This document shows positions 1 through 9,808 of a DNA stretch of 64,000 nt, one piece after another (position 1 is the stretch's first letter; every line of letters starts with the position of its first letter). The position numbers and the translations under genes are program-made. Origin of the DNA: a virus. The notes beneath the pieces were generated by a model. It saw nothing but the letters and a program-made list of their open reading frames with translations. It was not told the origin of the DNA and ran no database searches. Where the stretch lies: IMG/VR virus record IMGVR_UViG_3300035670_000014, positions 96,001-160,000 of that record; one strand, written 5' to 3'.

Positions 1-557
1 CTGATCCTTTCAGTCCATGCATCTTTAAGCTGATTGTTAGGTTGATTGCTTCTCAGTACATAGGCTGGATGAAATACTCCATGTACACCAATCTGAGAAT
101 CATTAAACTTAACAGAGTAGTCTACATTAATTGCAGGGCCTGCGTCTTGATTAAACAAAGTTTTTATTGCAGTAGATGCAACTTTACCCACACACAAAAC
201 AACCGAAGGTTGTAATATCTCTATCTCTCTAATCAGGTGATTAGATGCGCACTGCATTGACTGCTCTAGAGATGGGGTTGCATTATTTACTGGCCTACAT
301 TTAACAGTGTTAGTGATATAGAAAATATTAGGTCTTTCATCAGAGGCTGCCAATAGAGTATCTCTTAGCAACTTACCTGACTTACCAACAAAAGGAACGC
401 CTTGGAGATCTTCCTCCTGACCTGGAGCTTCGCCAACTACAAGCACAGGCGGCTTAGAGTTAGTAGGTGCACTTGAGTGCCCAACAACTGGACGAGTACA
501 GCTAGATCTTAGTTGGCAAGAGTGACAATTAAGTATAGACTCTTGTAGTATTCTCAT
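1..557 (-). CDS. Uracil-DNA glycosylase, family 4 (3' end outside window)
   Basis: Manual translation from ATG 557: CHSCQL, VVGEAPGQEED, PFVGKSG, TNTVKCRP and HPAYVLR motifs; frame open to the window edge. Confidence 0.9.
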   Translation of the reverse strand, partial: MRILQESILNCHSCQLRSSCTRPVVGHSSAPTNSKPPVLVVGEAPGQEEDLQGVPFVGKSGKLLRDTLLAASDERPNIFYITNTVKCRPVNNATPSLEQSMQCASNHLIREIEILQPSVVLCVGKVASTAIKTLFNQDAGPAINVDYSVKFNDSQIGVHGVFHPAYVLRSNQPNNQLKDAWTERI

Positions 558-563
558 ATGCCT

Positions 564-887
564 TTACATTAAGGATTCTTTTATTTTAATAATGAGCGGA
601 AAGACAGACTTGAAGTGATCATTCCACTCTTTGGCTTTGTTAGATTCAAAGTCAAATGCTAAATAAGATAAAAGAGAAAAGTCAGAATCAGATTCAGCAG
701 CTGAAATAATTTCATCTGCTGTCATTTGAAAAGCTGGGATATCCTTATCAAAGAATACAAACCTGCGAGTCAAAGGGCTATAGTAAATAGAATAAACTTT
801 TCCCCTTATTGTTTCTTTACCAAGTGTGTAAGTCAGACTTTCAATGAGAGACATGCTCATTTTCCTTACGCTTCTTCTTCTGCTCAC
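564..887 (-). CDS. hypothetical protein
   Basis: ORF in a tightly packed operon; true start probably ~854. Confidence 0.5.
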   Translation of the reverse strand: MSRRRSVRKMSMSLIESLTYTLGKETIRGKVYSIYYSPLTRRFVFFDKDIPAFQMTADEIISAAESDSDFSLLSYLAFDFESNKAKEWNDHFKSVFPLIIKIKESLM

Positions 888-1473
888 AAAGCAGGATTGT
901 AGCTATAAGGTTATCTTGTGCCTCTGGGATTGGGAAGTCAGTATAGAGCATCTCCCAACACTCAAAGTAGTCAGATGGCCTAGAAGGATCGTAAGAGAGA
1001 AAAGAATAATATGAATCAATATAGGTACTTATAATCATCCTGGCTAAGTCAGACTTAAAAGGCACTACAGAAAATACTTCATTCAGATTAACTTCTGGAT
1101 GATCCTTAATAAAGTCAATGAAATCAAAAGCTTTGCTTAGTTTCTCATAAGGACAATCTCTAAAGTCCATAGATGAACCTTCAAAGATCTTCCTTAGATA
1201 AGAATCTACATCAACAATAGTATTAATAGGAGGGCTGATAAAGTAATGCTTTCCATTAAACTTCAGGAGCAATGAGGAGTCTATATAGATACAATAGTCT
1301 TCATAAGTTTTACTAAATAGTAAAGCTATAGCTTTACGAGAAGTAGAAAGATTGCCCTGAATCAAAGGAAAGTAAATTGGAGAATCAATTATGTAACTAA
1401 AAACAGTAGAATGAAAATGATTTAGGTAATAAGCACTAGCTGAAGCAATTTTAGAAATAGCAATCTTAAGCAT
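841..1473 (-). CDS. hypothetical protein
   Basis: 210-aa ORF with GGAG RBS. Confidence 0.6.
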   Translation of the reverse strand: MLKIAISKIASASAYYLNHFHSTVFSYIIDSPIYFPLIQGNLSTSRKAIALLFSKTYEDYCIYIDSSLLLKFNGKHYFISPPINTIVDVDSYLRKIFEGSSMDFRDCPYEKLSKAFDFIDFIKDHPEVNLNEVFSVVPFKSDLARMIISTYIDSYYSFLSYDPSRPSDYFECWEMLYTDFPIPEAQDNLIATILLCEQKKKRKENEHVSH

Positions 1474-1544
1474 AAAACTCCAATGATATAGCTAAAATAA
1501 ATACCCCGATGGGGTATAGTCATTTAGTTTAATGTTTACTTTTA

Positions 1545-4250
1545 CTAAAGCAGTTTCCCAACTTTAGATGCAAGTGAATTTAGTGAAGTAAAAGTCTTCT
1601 CTATCAGGTTAGGCAGAATAGAAGTATCTACTACTGAGTCTACAAAAGTCTCGACAGGAAGAGTAAGTTGCTTGATTTCATTCAAGGGAACTTTCTCAAT
1701 AATAATGTCGTCATCAAGTAGATCAATAACAGGAGGCTTAGATTCAAATTTAAACTTGAGTCTAATTCTATCCGCTAAAGCCTCAGGACAAAGAGAAGCA
1801 AAGTGTATATAAGTTTCTTTGTTTCTTTTGTTGTTAGTAGAACAGTAGTCAAGATAATGATCAATTGAATCTGCCCAAATGCCTAGAGCTTCTCGAAAGA
1901 ACTCATTGCATTTATTATGATTGCGAGAAGTAATTGCGTCAAGTAGTTCTTTACTTGATTGCTCATAAGAAACAACCTGATCGTATACACGACCCAAAGA
2001 GAAGCCTAGTACTTTTTCTGGCGCAAAGCCAGGCTTAGATACTACATGCTTAAGAAGCTGTCCTCCCTTTTGGCCATCGTAAAATCCTGCCTCAAATGAC
2101 TTTTTATCAAAAGCAAAAGACGGAGGAGTCAAGCTGCTATCACTACTGGTAAAGTTGCACTCATAAAAATAAGCAAACATGTCCCTGAAGAAAGAACTGT
2201 TAAAATCCTTAAACAGAGTCTTATTTAGAGTGGCACTACTAAGCTTAGCAAAGTTTATATCTGTGTCGATCATAAAGTCATCATCTGAAATTAGCATCGA
2301 GATATAAGTAGTAATGAAAGGCCAGGCAATATCTTCTGTAAAGCAATAGAACTTATCATCAGTAGAGAATTCATTGCTAAGAAGACTCGGATCTGACATC
2401 ACACAAGATGTACCAATAAGAGTAAGAAAGATATCATCAAAGCTAAGATTGTAAGATTCATCTGCCTTGGACTGATGCCCGTGAGACTTAAGATCTCTAT
2501 CAATGTCAATGATCCTAATCGCATGACCTGCAATGAAAGCAAAATACTCTAGCTCATTCATCCCAAATTGTGAACTTAATGATATGGGCTTAATGCCTAG
2601 CAGGCCCATATAGTAGAAATCCTCTTCGTTAGAGCAATATTTCCTAACAGCATCAAGAGTATGCCTAATGTTAGGATCATAAAAGGTATGATTATAAATT
2701 GAGCTAAATGCACTGTTAGGAGTGTCTTTAAGATTACTCATGTAGAAGTCAGCAAGATCAGGATTAACTTTCTTATACATAAGAAAGTCTAGCTCGCTAA
2801 TAAACTTGCCCCTAGACATGAGGTCTTTCATGACAGGTATGTTGTCATCTTTTAGATTAAGAAAAGATATCCTACTCTCTAGATTTGACTTGAAGAAGCC
2901 ATTTGCTTGAGTGTTAGACTTCAGATCAATGCTAGGCTGCTTCTTTGGTTCAGAAGTTGGAGCAATAGAAGTCAAACAATCAGTATTATTACTGAATAAC
3001 TCAGACCAATAGTTAATCTCTTTAGTCAATTCAGTGCCAGTAAAGTAATCAAACTTACCATTCTTGATAAGAGATTTGCTTCTACTGTTAGTCTTTGAAG
3101 TAGACTGACTAGGTGTAGTTCCACTAAAGGTCAGGTCCTTGTAAGGATAACCGACACTAATAGAAGCATCAGAAACATATGTATTACTTTTGGCAGTAGT
3201 AGTAATCTTCTTATTCTTGTAGTTAATTGAACCATAAGGCTTATTGTTCAATATGCCTTTGTCAATCTCACTAGACCATTCATTGGTCGATATCTTGAAG
3301 AGTAATGAAGTGAAGTAATCCATGTCATGCTCATTGGCATAAATGAATTTATCTTCGTTCTTGTGGCATATGCTCCAGATGTGGGGGATGGGTTCTGATT
3401 TAGAAAGAACCTTCTTCATCTCCTTTCTTGTCAGCGTACCAATGCAAGCAGCATTGTAACCAGCTGTCCTGAGAGGCATTGCGTCATTAGGAGGGCAGTT
3501 AATGTTTGCGTAAGTAGAACAAGTATGGTTCTTTACAGCTTCCTTAAACACCATAGAAGCAGAGTTGTAGCTCTGGTCAATCCAGTAGTGAGTGCCCCTT
3601 GCTGTAAGCTCCAGATTAAGAATCAGCCCGATTTTACCATATCGGTCTGTAGCCCTGAGTACATTAGCAAGTGCCTTGCTGCCTCCCATGCCTGACTCTT
3701 CTTCGTCAAGGATCGCAATCATAATATTATGATAAAGCAATCCTCCGCTGGCAAGGTAGTTACAGATCCTTTTGTTAAGAGCAATCAGGTGACAACAGCT
3801 AGCAAGGTTATCTTGAATGTTATCACTGTAAGAGTTTACTATGTCGTGATGGGCGGTAAAGACAATAGTATATTCTTCTTCTACCTTCTTAAGTCTATTC
3901 CTAACAGCTGATGACATAAAAATAGAATAAAGATTAACATTGGAAGGTTTATCCTGGTTTTTATTCTTGCTGTAGTTATGAAACTCAACTTTTGAGAATG
4001 GAGTATCACCCTGAACTGAATGGGAAGCTTGAAGCAAATAAGAAATCATCTTATCTGGTCTTTCTAGCAATCCATAGTCAGGATTAAAGACGTTAAGACT
4101 TCTATTCTGAGTGCAATGAGCTTTACTAGAAAGTAAAGACTCAGCAATAAGATAAGCATTTGAATCAAAGGGAGGCAAAGCCCCCCTTTGATTCAAGTTG
4201 TAGCTTCTAGTGTCAGGAATTTTTTCATTTGAAATACTAATGGCAACCAT
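1545..4250 (-). CDS. Large protein with N-terminal M28-like metallopeptidase domain
   Basis: AHHD, DNLAS, DEEE, LNLE and distal H Zn-ligand pattern; C-terminal half unassigned. Confidence 0.65.
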   Translation of the reverse strand: MVAISISNEKIPDTRSYNLNQRGALPPFDSNAYLIAESLLSSKAHCTQNRSLNVFNPDYGLLERPDKMISYLLQASHSVQGDTPFSKVEFHNYSKNKNQDKPSNVNLYSIFMSSAVRNRLKKVEEEYTIVFTAHHDIVNSYSDNIQDNLASCCHLIALNKRICNYLASGGLLYHNIMIAILDEEESGMGGSKALANVLRATDRYGKIGLILNLELTARGTHYWIDQSYNSASMVFKEAVKNHTCSTYANINCPPNDAMPLRTAGYNAACIGTLTRKEMKKVLSKSEPIPHIWSICHKNEDKFIYANEHDMDYFTSLLFKISTNEWSSEIDKGILNNKPYGSINYKNKKITTTAKSNTYVSDASISVGYPYKDLTFSGTTPSQSTSKTNSRSKSLIKNGKFDYFTGTELTKEINYWSELFSNNTDCLTSIAPTSEPKKQPSIDLKSNTQANGFFKSNLESRISFLNLKDDNIPVMKDLMSRGKFISELDFLMYKKVNPDLADFYMSNLKDTPNSAFSSIYNHTFYDPNIRHTLDAVRKYCSNEEDFYYMGLLGIKPISLSSQFGMNELEYFAFIAGHAIRIIDIDRDLKSHGHQSKADESYNLSFDDIFLTLIGTSCVMSDPSLLSNEFSTDDKFYCFTEDIAWPFITTYISMLISDDDFMIDTDINFAKLSSATLNKTLFKDFNSSFFRDMFAYFYECNFTSSDSSLTPPSFAFDKKSFEAGFYDGQKGGQLLKHVVSKPGFAPEKVLGFSLGRVYDQVVSYEQSSKELLDAITSRNHNKCNEFFREALGIWADSIDHYLDYCSTNNKRNKETYIHFASLCPEALADRIRLKFKFESKPPVIDLLDDDIIIEKVPLNEIKQLTLPVETFVDSVVDTSILPNLIEKTFTSLNSLASKVGKLL

Positions 4251-4510
4251 TAGCGAGTTAACGTTGCGTAGTTAACCAAGATGATTGAAGTTCCAGCTTT
4301 ACTAAATTTAAACTCATAGTTTTTATCTGGAGAAATATCAAGACGATCCGTATTTACATACGGGAAAGACTGTGAGTTCAAATAAGTACCGTCAGGCTCG
4401 CGATAGGCGACCCTCATAAGACTTGGCTTACTCGTGTTAAGGTAAGCAATCCTATCAGGGTTAACAGTAGGTTGAGAAGGGATCTTTTGCTGCGGAATCT
4501 GAGTCGCCAT
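4250..4510 (-). CDS. hypothetical protein
   Basis: ORF with stop/start overlap to the next gene. Confidence 0.55.
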   Translation of the reverse strand: MATQIPQQKIPSQPTVNPDRIAYLNTSKPSLMRVAYREPDGTYLNSQSFPYVNTDRLDISPDKNYEFKFSKAGTSIILVNYATLTR

Positions 4511-4708
4511 TAGATAACATCTTTGTTATTTTGTTAACGAAAGCCTCAACGAGGCGAGTGATATATTGAGTAATTTCATCAAGTAAATTCAAAACATAAT
4601 CTCTACCTTTTTGAGAAATGAAAAATTCAAGAACATAATCAGTGATGATTGAAGCTACTAGAGAAATAAATTTCATCAAAGTCCTTAGGTAATATACAGG
4701 AAGTCTTC

Positions 4709-5089
4709 TTAGTTAGAAGTTCCTTCCTGAGGGGTGGATAGCAAAGTCTCATCAACAGCATCCAGAACTATAGGAGTAGTTGAAGCTTCAACTGGGACTT
4801 GAGGTGTACCAGCTTCAGTTACTTCTCCTGCGTCAACTTGTACAGGTGCTGATGCTTCTTGTGCAGGAACTGTATCCGATTGTAAGTCCAAGTTACAATC
4901 TGCATAAGGTGCGTCAGCGGATCCACAAGGACCAGTACCTTCAGTCTGAGCGCTAGCTTCTAGTGCCGAACCATCTGCCGGAACGGCAGGAGTCTGGGCG
5001 CTAAAAGCCCAGTATCCTAGGATCGATAGAATAATCAAGATTGCTAGAATTGACGAAAGAACTGGGTTGGGAGTTGAAAGTGATCTCAT
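4709..5089 (-). CDS. Membrane-anchored or secreted acidic low-complexity protein
   Basis: N-terminal hydrophobic helix, Ala/Glu/Pro-rich tail, GAGG RBS. Confidence 0.6.
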   Translation of the reverse strand: MRSLSTPNPVLSSILAILIILSILGYWAFSAQTPAVPADGSALEASAQTEGTGPCGSADAPYADCNLDLQSDTVPAQEASAPVQVDAGEVTEAGTPQVPVEASTTPIVLDAVDETLLSTPQEGTSN

Positions 5090-5645
5090 GTTGTTGTTCC
5101 TCTAAAATAAGTTTGGTTGATTTTTGCGAGCTAATAGATGAAGTACACAATGTAATCCTATCTTTTAGCTCTAGTAAAGATGCATACTGACTAGAAAGTA
5201 AGTAAGTATGTAGCTCTAGTACATATTGAAATAGATTTGTATTCTCTACAAAAGTAGAGAATGGCAACCTATAAGTGCTAGGAGATTTAAACAATCTCTG
5301 TAAGTCTACAAAGTTTGTATTAATATTAAGAACAGTATTGGGCGAGATCGCCTGAGAAAGATTCTTCAAAGTAGAAGAACCAAACTGGATATCGTTCCTG
5401 CCATAAGTCTTAATGGGATTAGAAGCATTAAGAATATTGCAGGTAGTAAATGTAAGATTCATCTTGAGAGATGACAAGTCACCGAAGTCATCATTCTCAT
5501 TGAATGAAACAAAGAATGAATCACAAGCATAAATGTGTGAAGAAGAAATATTCTGGTACTGAAAATCAATTGAAAAGTTAGACTTAAAGAAGTCAAGAAG
5601 TAATTTTTCAGCAGATTTGTTTTTAGTAAACAACTTATTATTCAT
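5001..5645 (-). CDS. hypothetical protein
   Basis: 214-aa ORF. Confidence 0.5.
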   Translation of the reverse strand: MNNKLFTKNKSAEKLLLDFFKSNFSIDFQYQNISSSHIYACDSFFVSFNENDDFGDLSSLKMNLTFTTCNILNASNPIKTYGRNDIQFGSSTLKNLSQAISPNTVLNINTNFVDLQRLFKSPSTYRLPFSTFVENTNLFQYVLELHTYLLSSQYASLLELKDRITLCTSSISSQKSTKLILEEQQHEITFNSQPSSFVNSSNLDYSIDPRILGF

Positions 5646-5847
5646 TTCTTTTAAGAGCAGCGATTTTGGAAATCAAAAGTTTTTGTGCTCTGTTGAGTTC
5701 ATGTAAGCTAACAACGAGGCCTTGATAATCAGGTCCCTTAGGAGTTTCTTTCATCTCTACTTCAAGATTATATATTTCATCTTGTACAGATTCAAGTTCC
5801 TCGCTAAGTTCTTCTAAAGTTTCACTAAAATTAAGTTCTTTGTTCAT
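5638..5847 (-). CDS. small coiled-coil hypothetical protein
   Basis: Heptad-like sequence; overlaps the next start. Confidence 0.5.
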   Translation of the reverse strand: MNKELNFSETLEELSEELESVQDEIYNLEVEMKETPKGPDYQGLVVSLHELNRAQKLLISKIAALKRNE

Positions 5848-6136
5848 TTTAAGGTATGATAAGATTATATGTTATAGGTATAGTATGAATTGGAACATTA
5901 AACCAGACAAAGATTTGCTCGAAAAACTTGTTTGGGATTATTCATTAGTTGAATTATCCCTGTTCTTCGAGACATCTAATAAAACAATTGAAAAAAAATG
6001 CAAAGAGCTTAATATTGAATTGCCGCCTAAGGGGTACTGGCACACAGGAGCCAGAAGAGATTCAAAGATTAAAAGACTTGAATCACTCTTTTCTCTCAAA
6101 GAAAAAATACAAAGTCCACAAGAAGCCGGCAAATAG
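5840..6136 (+). CDS. small HTH-like DNA-binding protein
   Basis: LEKLVW..SLVELS..F..S..TI.K.CK.LNI.LPPKGYW pattern; true start probably 5886. Confidence 0.45.
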   Translation: MFILRYDKIICYRYSMNWNIKPDKDLLEKLVWDYSLVELSLFFETSNKTIEKKCKELNIELPPKGYWHTGARRDSKIKRLESLFSLKEKIQSPQEAGK

Positions 6137-6325
6137 AGAAGCGAATACTCCAATTATACTTTTAGTAACAGAAGTAATTGTAAAGTAAAAGAAGACCAAG
6201 CTTAGTACCTCAGATAAGAAGGGTGCCTTCTTAAAGAAGCCTCTGATAGTAATAGGTAGCTTTACATATATAAAGTATAAAGCCATGAAAGCAAAGAATC
6301 CGAATAAAAGAACCTGGATTATCAC
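6083..6325 (-). CDS. small membrane protein
   Basis: Three hydrophobic segments. Confidence 0.5.
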   Translation of the reverse strand: MIIQVLLFGFFAFMALYFIYVKLPITIRGFFKKAPFLSEVLSLVFFYFTITSVTKSIIGVFASLFAGFLWTLYFFFERKE

Positions 6326-6404
6326 CTACAACCTCTTGGGAACAGAGTAATTTATACTCATGTTTAAGTAAAAGTAAACCCCTTATGGGGTTTATCTTCT
6401 AAAG

Positions 6405-6523
6405 TGATAAGGGTTGGATTCGAACCAACAACGCGAGGTGTATCAAGCCTCCGCTCTACCGAGAAGTAGTTCTTAGTAGTAAATTAATACTAGTTAAGCT
6501 TTCTTCATTGGAGCTACCTTATC
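6405..6523 (-). tRNA. tRNA-Ile(GAT) with a ~45-nt insertion in the D-loop
   Basis: Acceptor GATAAGG/CCTTATC, D-stem GCTC/GAGC, anticodon loop TTGATAC, T-arm GTTGG-TTCGAAT-CCAAC; extra hairpin at ~6461-6505. Confidence 0.75.
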
Positions 6524-6550
6524 ATGCACTGCAAATTTCGCGAAGCGAAA

Positions 6551-6673
6551 TGTCTTCCCCAGAGCAAGACACTGTTCATTTAATTAAAAATGAAACTTTG
6601 AAACCTAAGTTTACAGAGTATACTTTGAGTATCAGTGCCTTACTCCAGGGAGAACACCACACCAGAGACATGC
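6551..6673 (-). ncRNA. putative structured ncRNA
   Basis: 19-bp stem (6556-6574 with 6633-6651, G-U pairs on the minus strand) enclosing three short hairpins; lies between two GAA hairpins. Confidence 0.5.
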
Positions 6674-6711
6674 AACATAAATTTCGCGAAGCGAAATTAT
6701 TCCTTAGTAAG

Positions 6712-6987
6712 CTAATCTTCTGTAGAAAGTAGAAAAACTTCGTAAGGAATACATTCCATGTTATCTGATGTACAGATAACGGAGGTAACTAGACCTTCTG
6801 TTTCTGTGAATTCTGCATAGCAAAAGTTAAAGTCATCAAGTTCCCAGCACTTAATGATTTCAAACTCAAGTGGTTCGGGTGCAAAAGAATTAAAGAGATA
6901 ACCTATTAAGACGCCAATAATTAATGTAAAAATTATGAACTCAAGATTCTCTTTAATGTATTTTTTAATATCTAAACGGTTTGACAT
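6712..6987 (-). CDS. small membrane protein
   Basis: One TM helix followed by a four-Cys segment. Confidence 0.55.
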   Translation of the reverse strand: MSNRLDIKKYIKENLEFIIFTLIIGVLIGYLFNSFAPEPLEFEIIKCWELDDFNFCYAEFTETEGLVTSVICTSDNMECIPYEVFLLSTED

Positions 6988-7318
6988 TTAACCTTGTTCT
7001 TAGGCGCTTTGTTGTAAAAGGCCTGTATTTGGCTATCCTGGAGGCTCCTTCTGAGGGAGCATCTGGCTTACCAACTTTAAGCCTAGGAGCTCTTAATGGA
7101 GGCTTTTTAAGCGTTAGAGGTTCTTCTACAAGTATTGTGTGAATCTCCTCTTCTGCTTCGTCCTCTTTATCATGAAGGCCAAAGTATTTCTCGACAACTA
7201 TTTGACCAGCTACAGTCGCTGCTGTTCCGAGGAAAGTAGAAACAGTTGATACTGCAATGTCAAAGAGAACACTTTTAGTTCCTGCTGCTGCAAGAAGCTG
7301 AATGGCCTGTAGATACAT
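6965..7318 (-). CDS. hypothetical protein
   Basis: ORF with AGGAG RBS. Confidence 0.55.
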   Translation of the reverse strand: MYLQAIQLLAAAGTKSVLFDIAVSTVSTFLGTAATVAGQIVVEKYFGLHDKEDEAEEEIHTILVEEPLTLKKPPLRAPRLKVGKPDAPSEGASRIAKYRPFTTKRLRTRLNVKPFRY

Positions 7319-7349
7319 AAAACTCCTATTAAGGTATACTTTTATGGTA

Positions 7350-8660
7350 TCAACTATAGTACTGACAGACTTGATTTATATTGATCGGCTCAGTTGGTTG
7401 ATTCGGAATCATAAGAACAGAACAGCTTTTTCGACTTGATGCAGCATAAGCACTAGAGTTTAGATACAAATATGGCAAGTCATAGCGTGGATCTCTAAAG
7501 CCAAACTTGACGCCCATAGATCTGCAGTCATTAAATCGAGTAATAATGTCAAATCTCAAAGGCTGCCAGTAAATAATTGGACTAGGATCCATATCTTTAA
7601 TTAGAGTACTTGTATTTCTTGACTCAGTATTGTAAGATCGCGCATAAGTAGGGTTATTAAACCAATCTACAGCAGTAATCCACTCATTACATTGTGCAAT
7701 TGTATTGCTAGTTGACTCTTGAGTTTCTGCTTTGTATGCAAAACTAAGGTCTAAAGAAGCAAACATTTTATTAGAGTGAGATCTTTTAGCTAGACGAAAA
7801 GAAAAATCTTCAAACGAAAACTCAGAAAGAATAGACTGGTTAATTATCTCAATCTGATCGCTAAAGTTAGGATCCTCAATAACAGAATATAAAGCAGAGG
7901 TAAAATCTTGAGGAACAAGACCCTGAAATAAATATTTTGAAGAACTGTGAAGGATGCCTTCTTCTGGAAGAATACTAAGCAGATCAGAGAACTTCCGATT
8001 AGTCTTCATGTGCTCGAAAACTAAAATCTTCTTAACATAATTAAGAACATTGAAGAATAAGTATCTATAGTTATCGTGGCTTTTTCGTGAAGATGACTTT
8101 AGTATAGGATTAACACAAGCCTTAACAAAATCCATAGATAGATCTAGGCAATTTTGAGTAAGCAAAGGGAAGTCACCCATTGCATAACCCTTGTTAAAGC
8201 CTCCAAAGAAGTAATCTATACCGATTAGACCTTTATATCGCCTGTTCCAGCGTGACCAGTTAGAGTCAATAATCTCAGGATAGTGTTTTCTGAATAAAGT
8301 ATAAATTTCAGTACCTGAAAAATAATCAAAGTTATAAGAAGGAATACCAGAGCTACCAAGAATACCAGAGTAAGAAATCAAGTCATTAACATGATTCGTA
8401 TAGTCAGCCATAATAGGCCGCTCTGGCTCCCTTTCTCTAAACCTCAGGTCCATACCATTGGTGTACAAATGGAAAGTGGTACTCCAGGGATTATAAAGAA
8501 TCGTGCCTGGAATATCAGAGTAAACCTCTAAAGCTTGAATAGATTCCTTATTAAGATCATATAGCTTTACAATCTTATAATTATCAGATTCAAAATTTGA
8601 ATGCACTCCAGAGGTTAAGTTAAATGTTTTTTTATTTTTCTTTGTAGATATATATGGCAT
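7350..8660 (-). CDS. hypothetical protein
   Basis: 436-aa ORF. Confidence 0.6.
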   Translation of the reverse strand: MPYISTKKNKKTFNLTSGVHSNFESDNYKIVKLYDLNKESIQALEVYSDIPGTILYNPWSTTFHLYTNGMDLRFREREPERPIMADYTNHVNDLISYSGILGSSGIPSYNFDYFSGTEIYTLFRKHYPEIIDSNWSRWNRRYKGLIGIDYFFGGFNKGYAMGDFPLLTQNCLDLSMDFVKACVNPILKSSSRKSHDNYRYLFFNVLNYVKKILVFEHMKTNRKFSDLLSILPEEGILHSSSKYLFQGLVPQDFTSALYSVIEDPNFSDQIEIINQSILSEFSFEDFSFRLAKRSHSNKMFASLDLSFAYKAETQESTSNTIAQCNEWITAVDWFNNPTYARSYNTESRNTSTLIKDMDPSPIIYWQPLRFDIITRFNDCRSMGVKFGFRDPRYDLPYLYLNSSAYAASSRKSCSVLMIPNQPTEPININQVCQYYS

Positions 8661-8670
8661 TTACTTTTAC

Positions 8671-9168
8671 TTAAAGTACAGTTAAGGATGATGTGTTTTT
8701 CATATTCTCAAGTTCATATAAGTCTCTGTTAATTACATACTCTCTCCTGGTGGTCAGACTATATGTCTCAACTAGAAGATCAGAGACAAAATTCCAGGGA
8801 AAAGATTTACAGGAACTAATATCGACCTGAATAAGACCAGATTCAGGAAATGTATGAATAGCAATATGGCTTTCAGCTATAACTGCAATAGCAGTGTGTC
8901 CATATACACCTTCAGATCTATAAGACAAAGACTTTCTAAGTAAGTCGGCCGTCTTAGAGTTACCCAATCCTTCTTCTTCAAGAGACTGAAGACTTCTATG
9001 CATCTCTGAAGTAGCCATTGGAAATGCTACGCAATAAGGAGCAACTATCAAAGTCATATCAAGTAATTCTACTGCTTTATTGATAAAAGCCAGAGTTACA
9101 TTGGTATCATTAAGTAGTTCAGGGGAGCCTATTGCGTCAAGTATATAGTGGAGACCATTGTATTGCAT
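8671..9168 (-). CDS. speD: S-adenosylmethionine decarboxylase proenzyme-like
   Basis: GLHYILD, IAESHIAIHTFPE (ES cleavage site), VDISSC. Confidence 0.85.
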   Translation of the reverse strand: MQYNGLHYILDAIGSPELLNDTNVTLAFINKAVELLDMTLIVAPYCVAFPMATSEMHRSLQSLEEEGLGNSKTADLLRKSLSYRSEGVYGHTAIAVIAESHIAIHTFPESGLIQVDISSCKSFPWNFVSDLLVETYSLTTRREYVINRDLYELENMKNTSSLTVL

Positions 9169-9209
9169 TTAATTACCAGTTACAGGGCTGAATTGCCTAA
9201 TAGATTCTA

Positions 9210-9713
9210 TCACTTACTAAGTAAACTAGCAGATTCTATAAGCAAAGGGTATGGATTTATATTGCTTTGGACTTTATATTCTTTGGATAGAGACTTCCAA
9301 AGGTGAATAGCAGACTCAGATGTACTGCCTGTGTCACTGTATAAAGCAGGAACAAACATAAACTTGGAATCAGGCCACATAGTAGAGGCAAACTGTATAG
9401 CAAACTTATAAATAAGTTTACCTACACCTTTATTCTTATGGGATTCATACTGAATGATTGCAAGATCAACCATTAGGCAGTTAAAATCCTTTATATAAGG
9501 ATGAGGAAAAGATTTAGCTTCATAAAGATGAAAGATAAAATGAAAAACATCTATCTCAAAGCCTGGAACAACATAATATGCTGTTATGTCCAGTATGGAT
9601 GGTTTATTAGCTAATCCTTTGTCAAAATTGACAGATATAGAAATATTAAGGCCTAATATAGAAGAGACTGTGTCTTGCAGTTGACGAGCAAGATTTTGGA
9701 TGCTATTAGTCAT
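9210..9713 (-). CDS. possible GNAT-fold protein
   Basis: HKNKGVGKLIY acetyl-CoA loop-like motif and SAIHLWKSL. Confidence 0.45.
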   Translation of the reverse strand: MTNSIQNLARQLQDTVSSILGLNISISVNFDKGLANKPSILDITAYYVVPGFEIDVFHFIFHLYEAKSFPHPYIKDFNCLMVDLAIIQYESHKNKGVGKLIYKFAIQFASTMWPDSKFMFVPALYSDTGSTSESAIHLWKSLSKEYKVQSNINPYPLLIESASLLSK

Positions 9714-9808
9714 AGAATAATTCCCAAAAATAAAATAGAGAAAATGGAAGCATTTTTTTTCTCAATTTTGAAACCTCCTATTAGGCCCCTTTTCTTTATA
9801 TGAGTAAA

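Noticed and set aside
199-213. GAA hairpins inside coding sequence (199-213, 4975-4989, 15880-15892) and at 39099-39113
   Set aside because: They lack the combined +10 T and +16 G spacing, so they were not counted as promoter elements.
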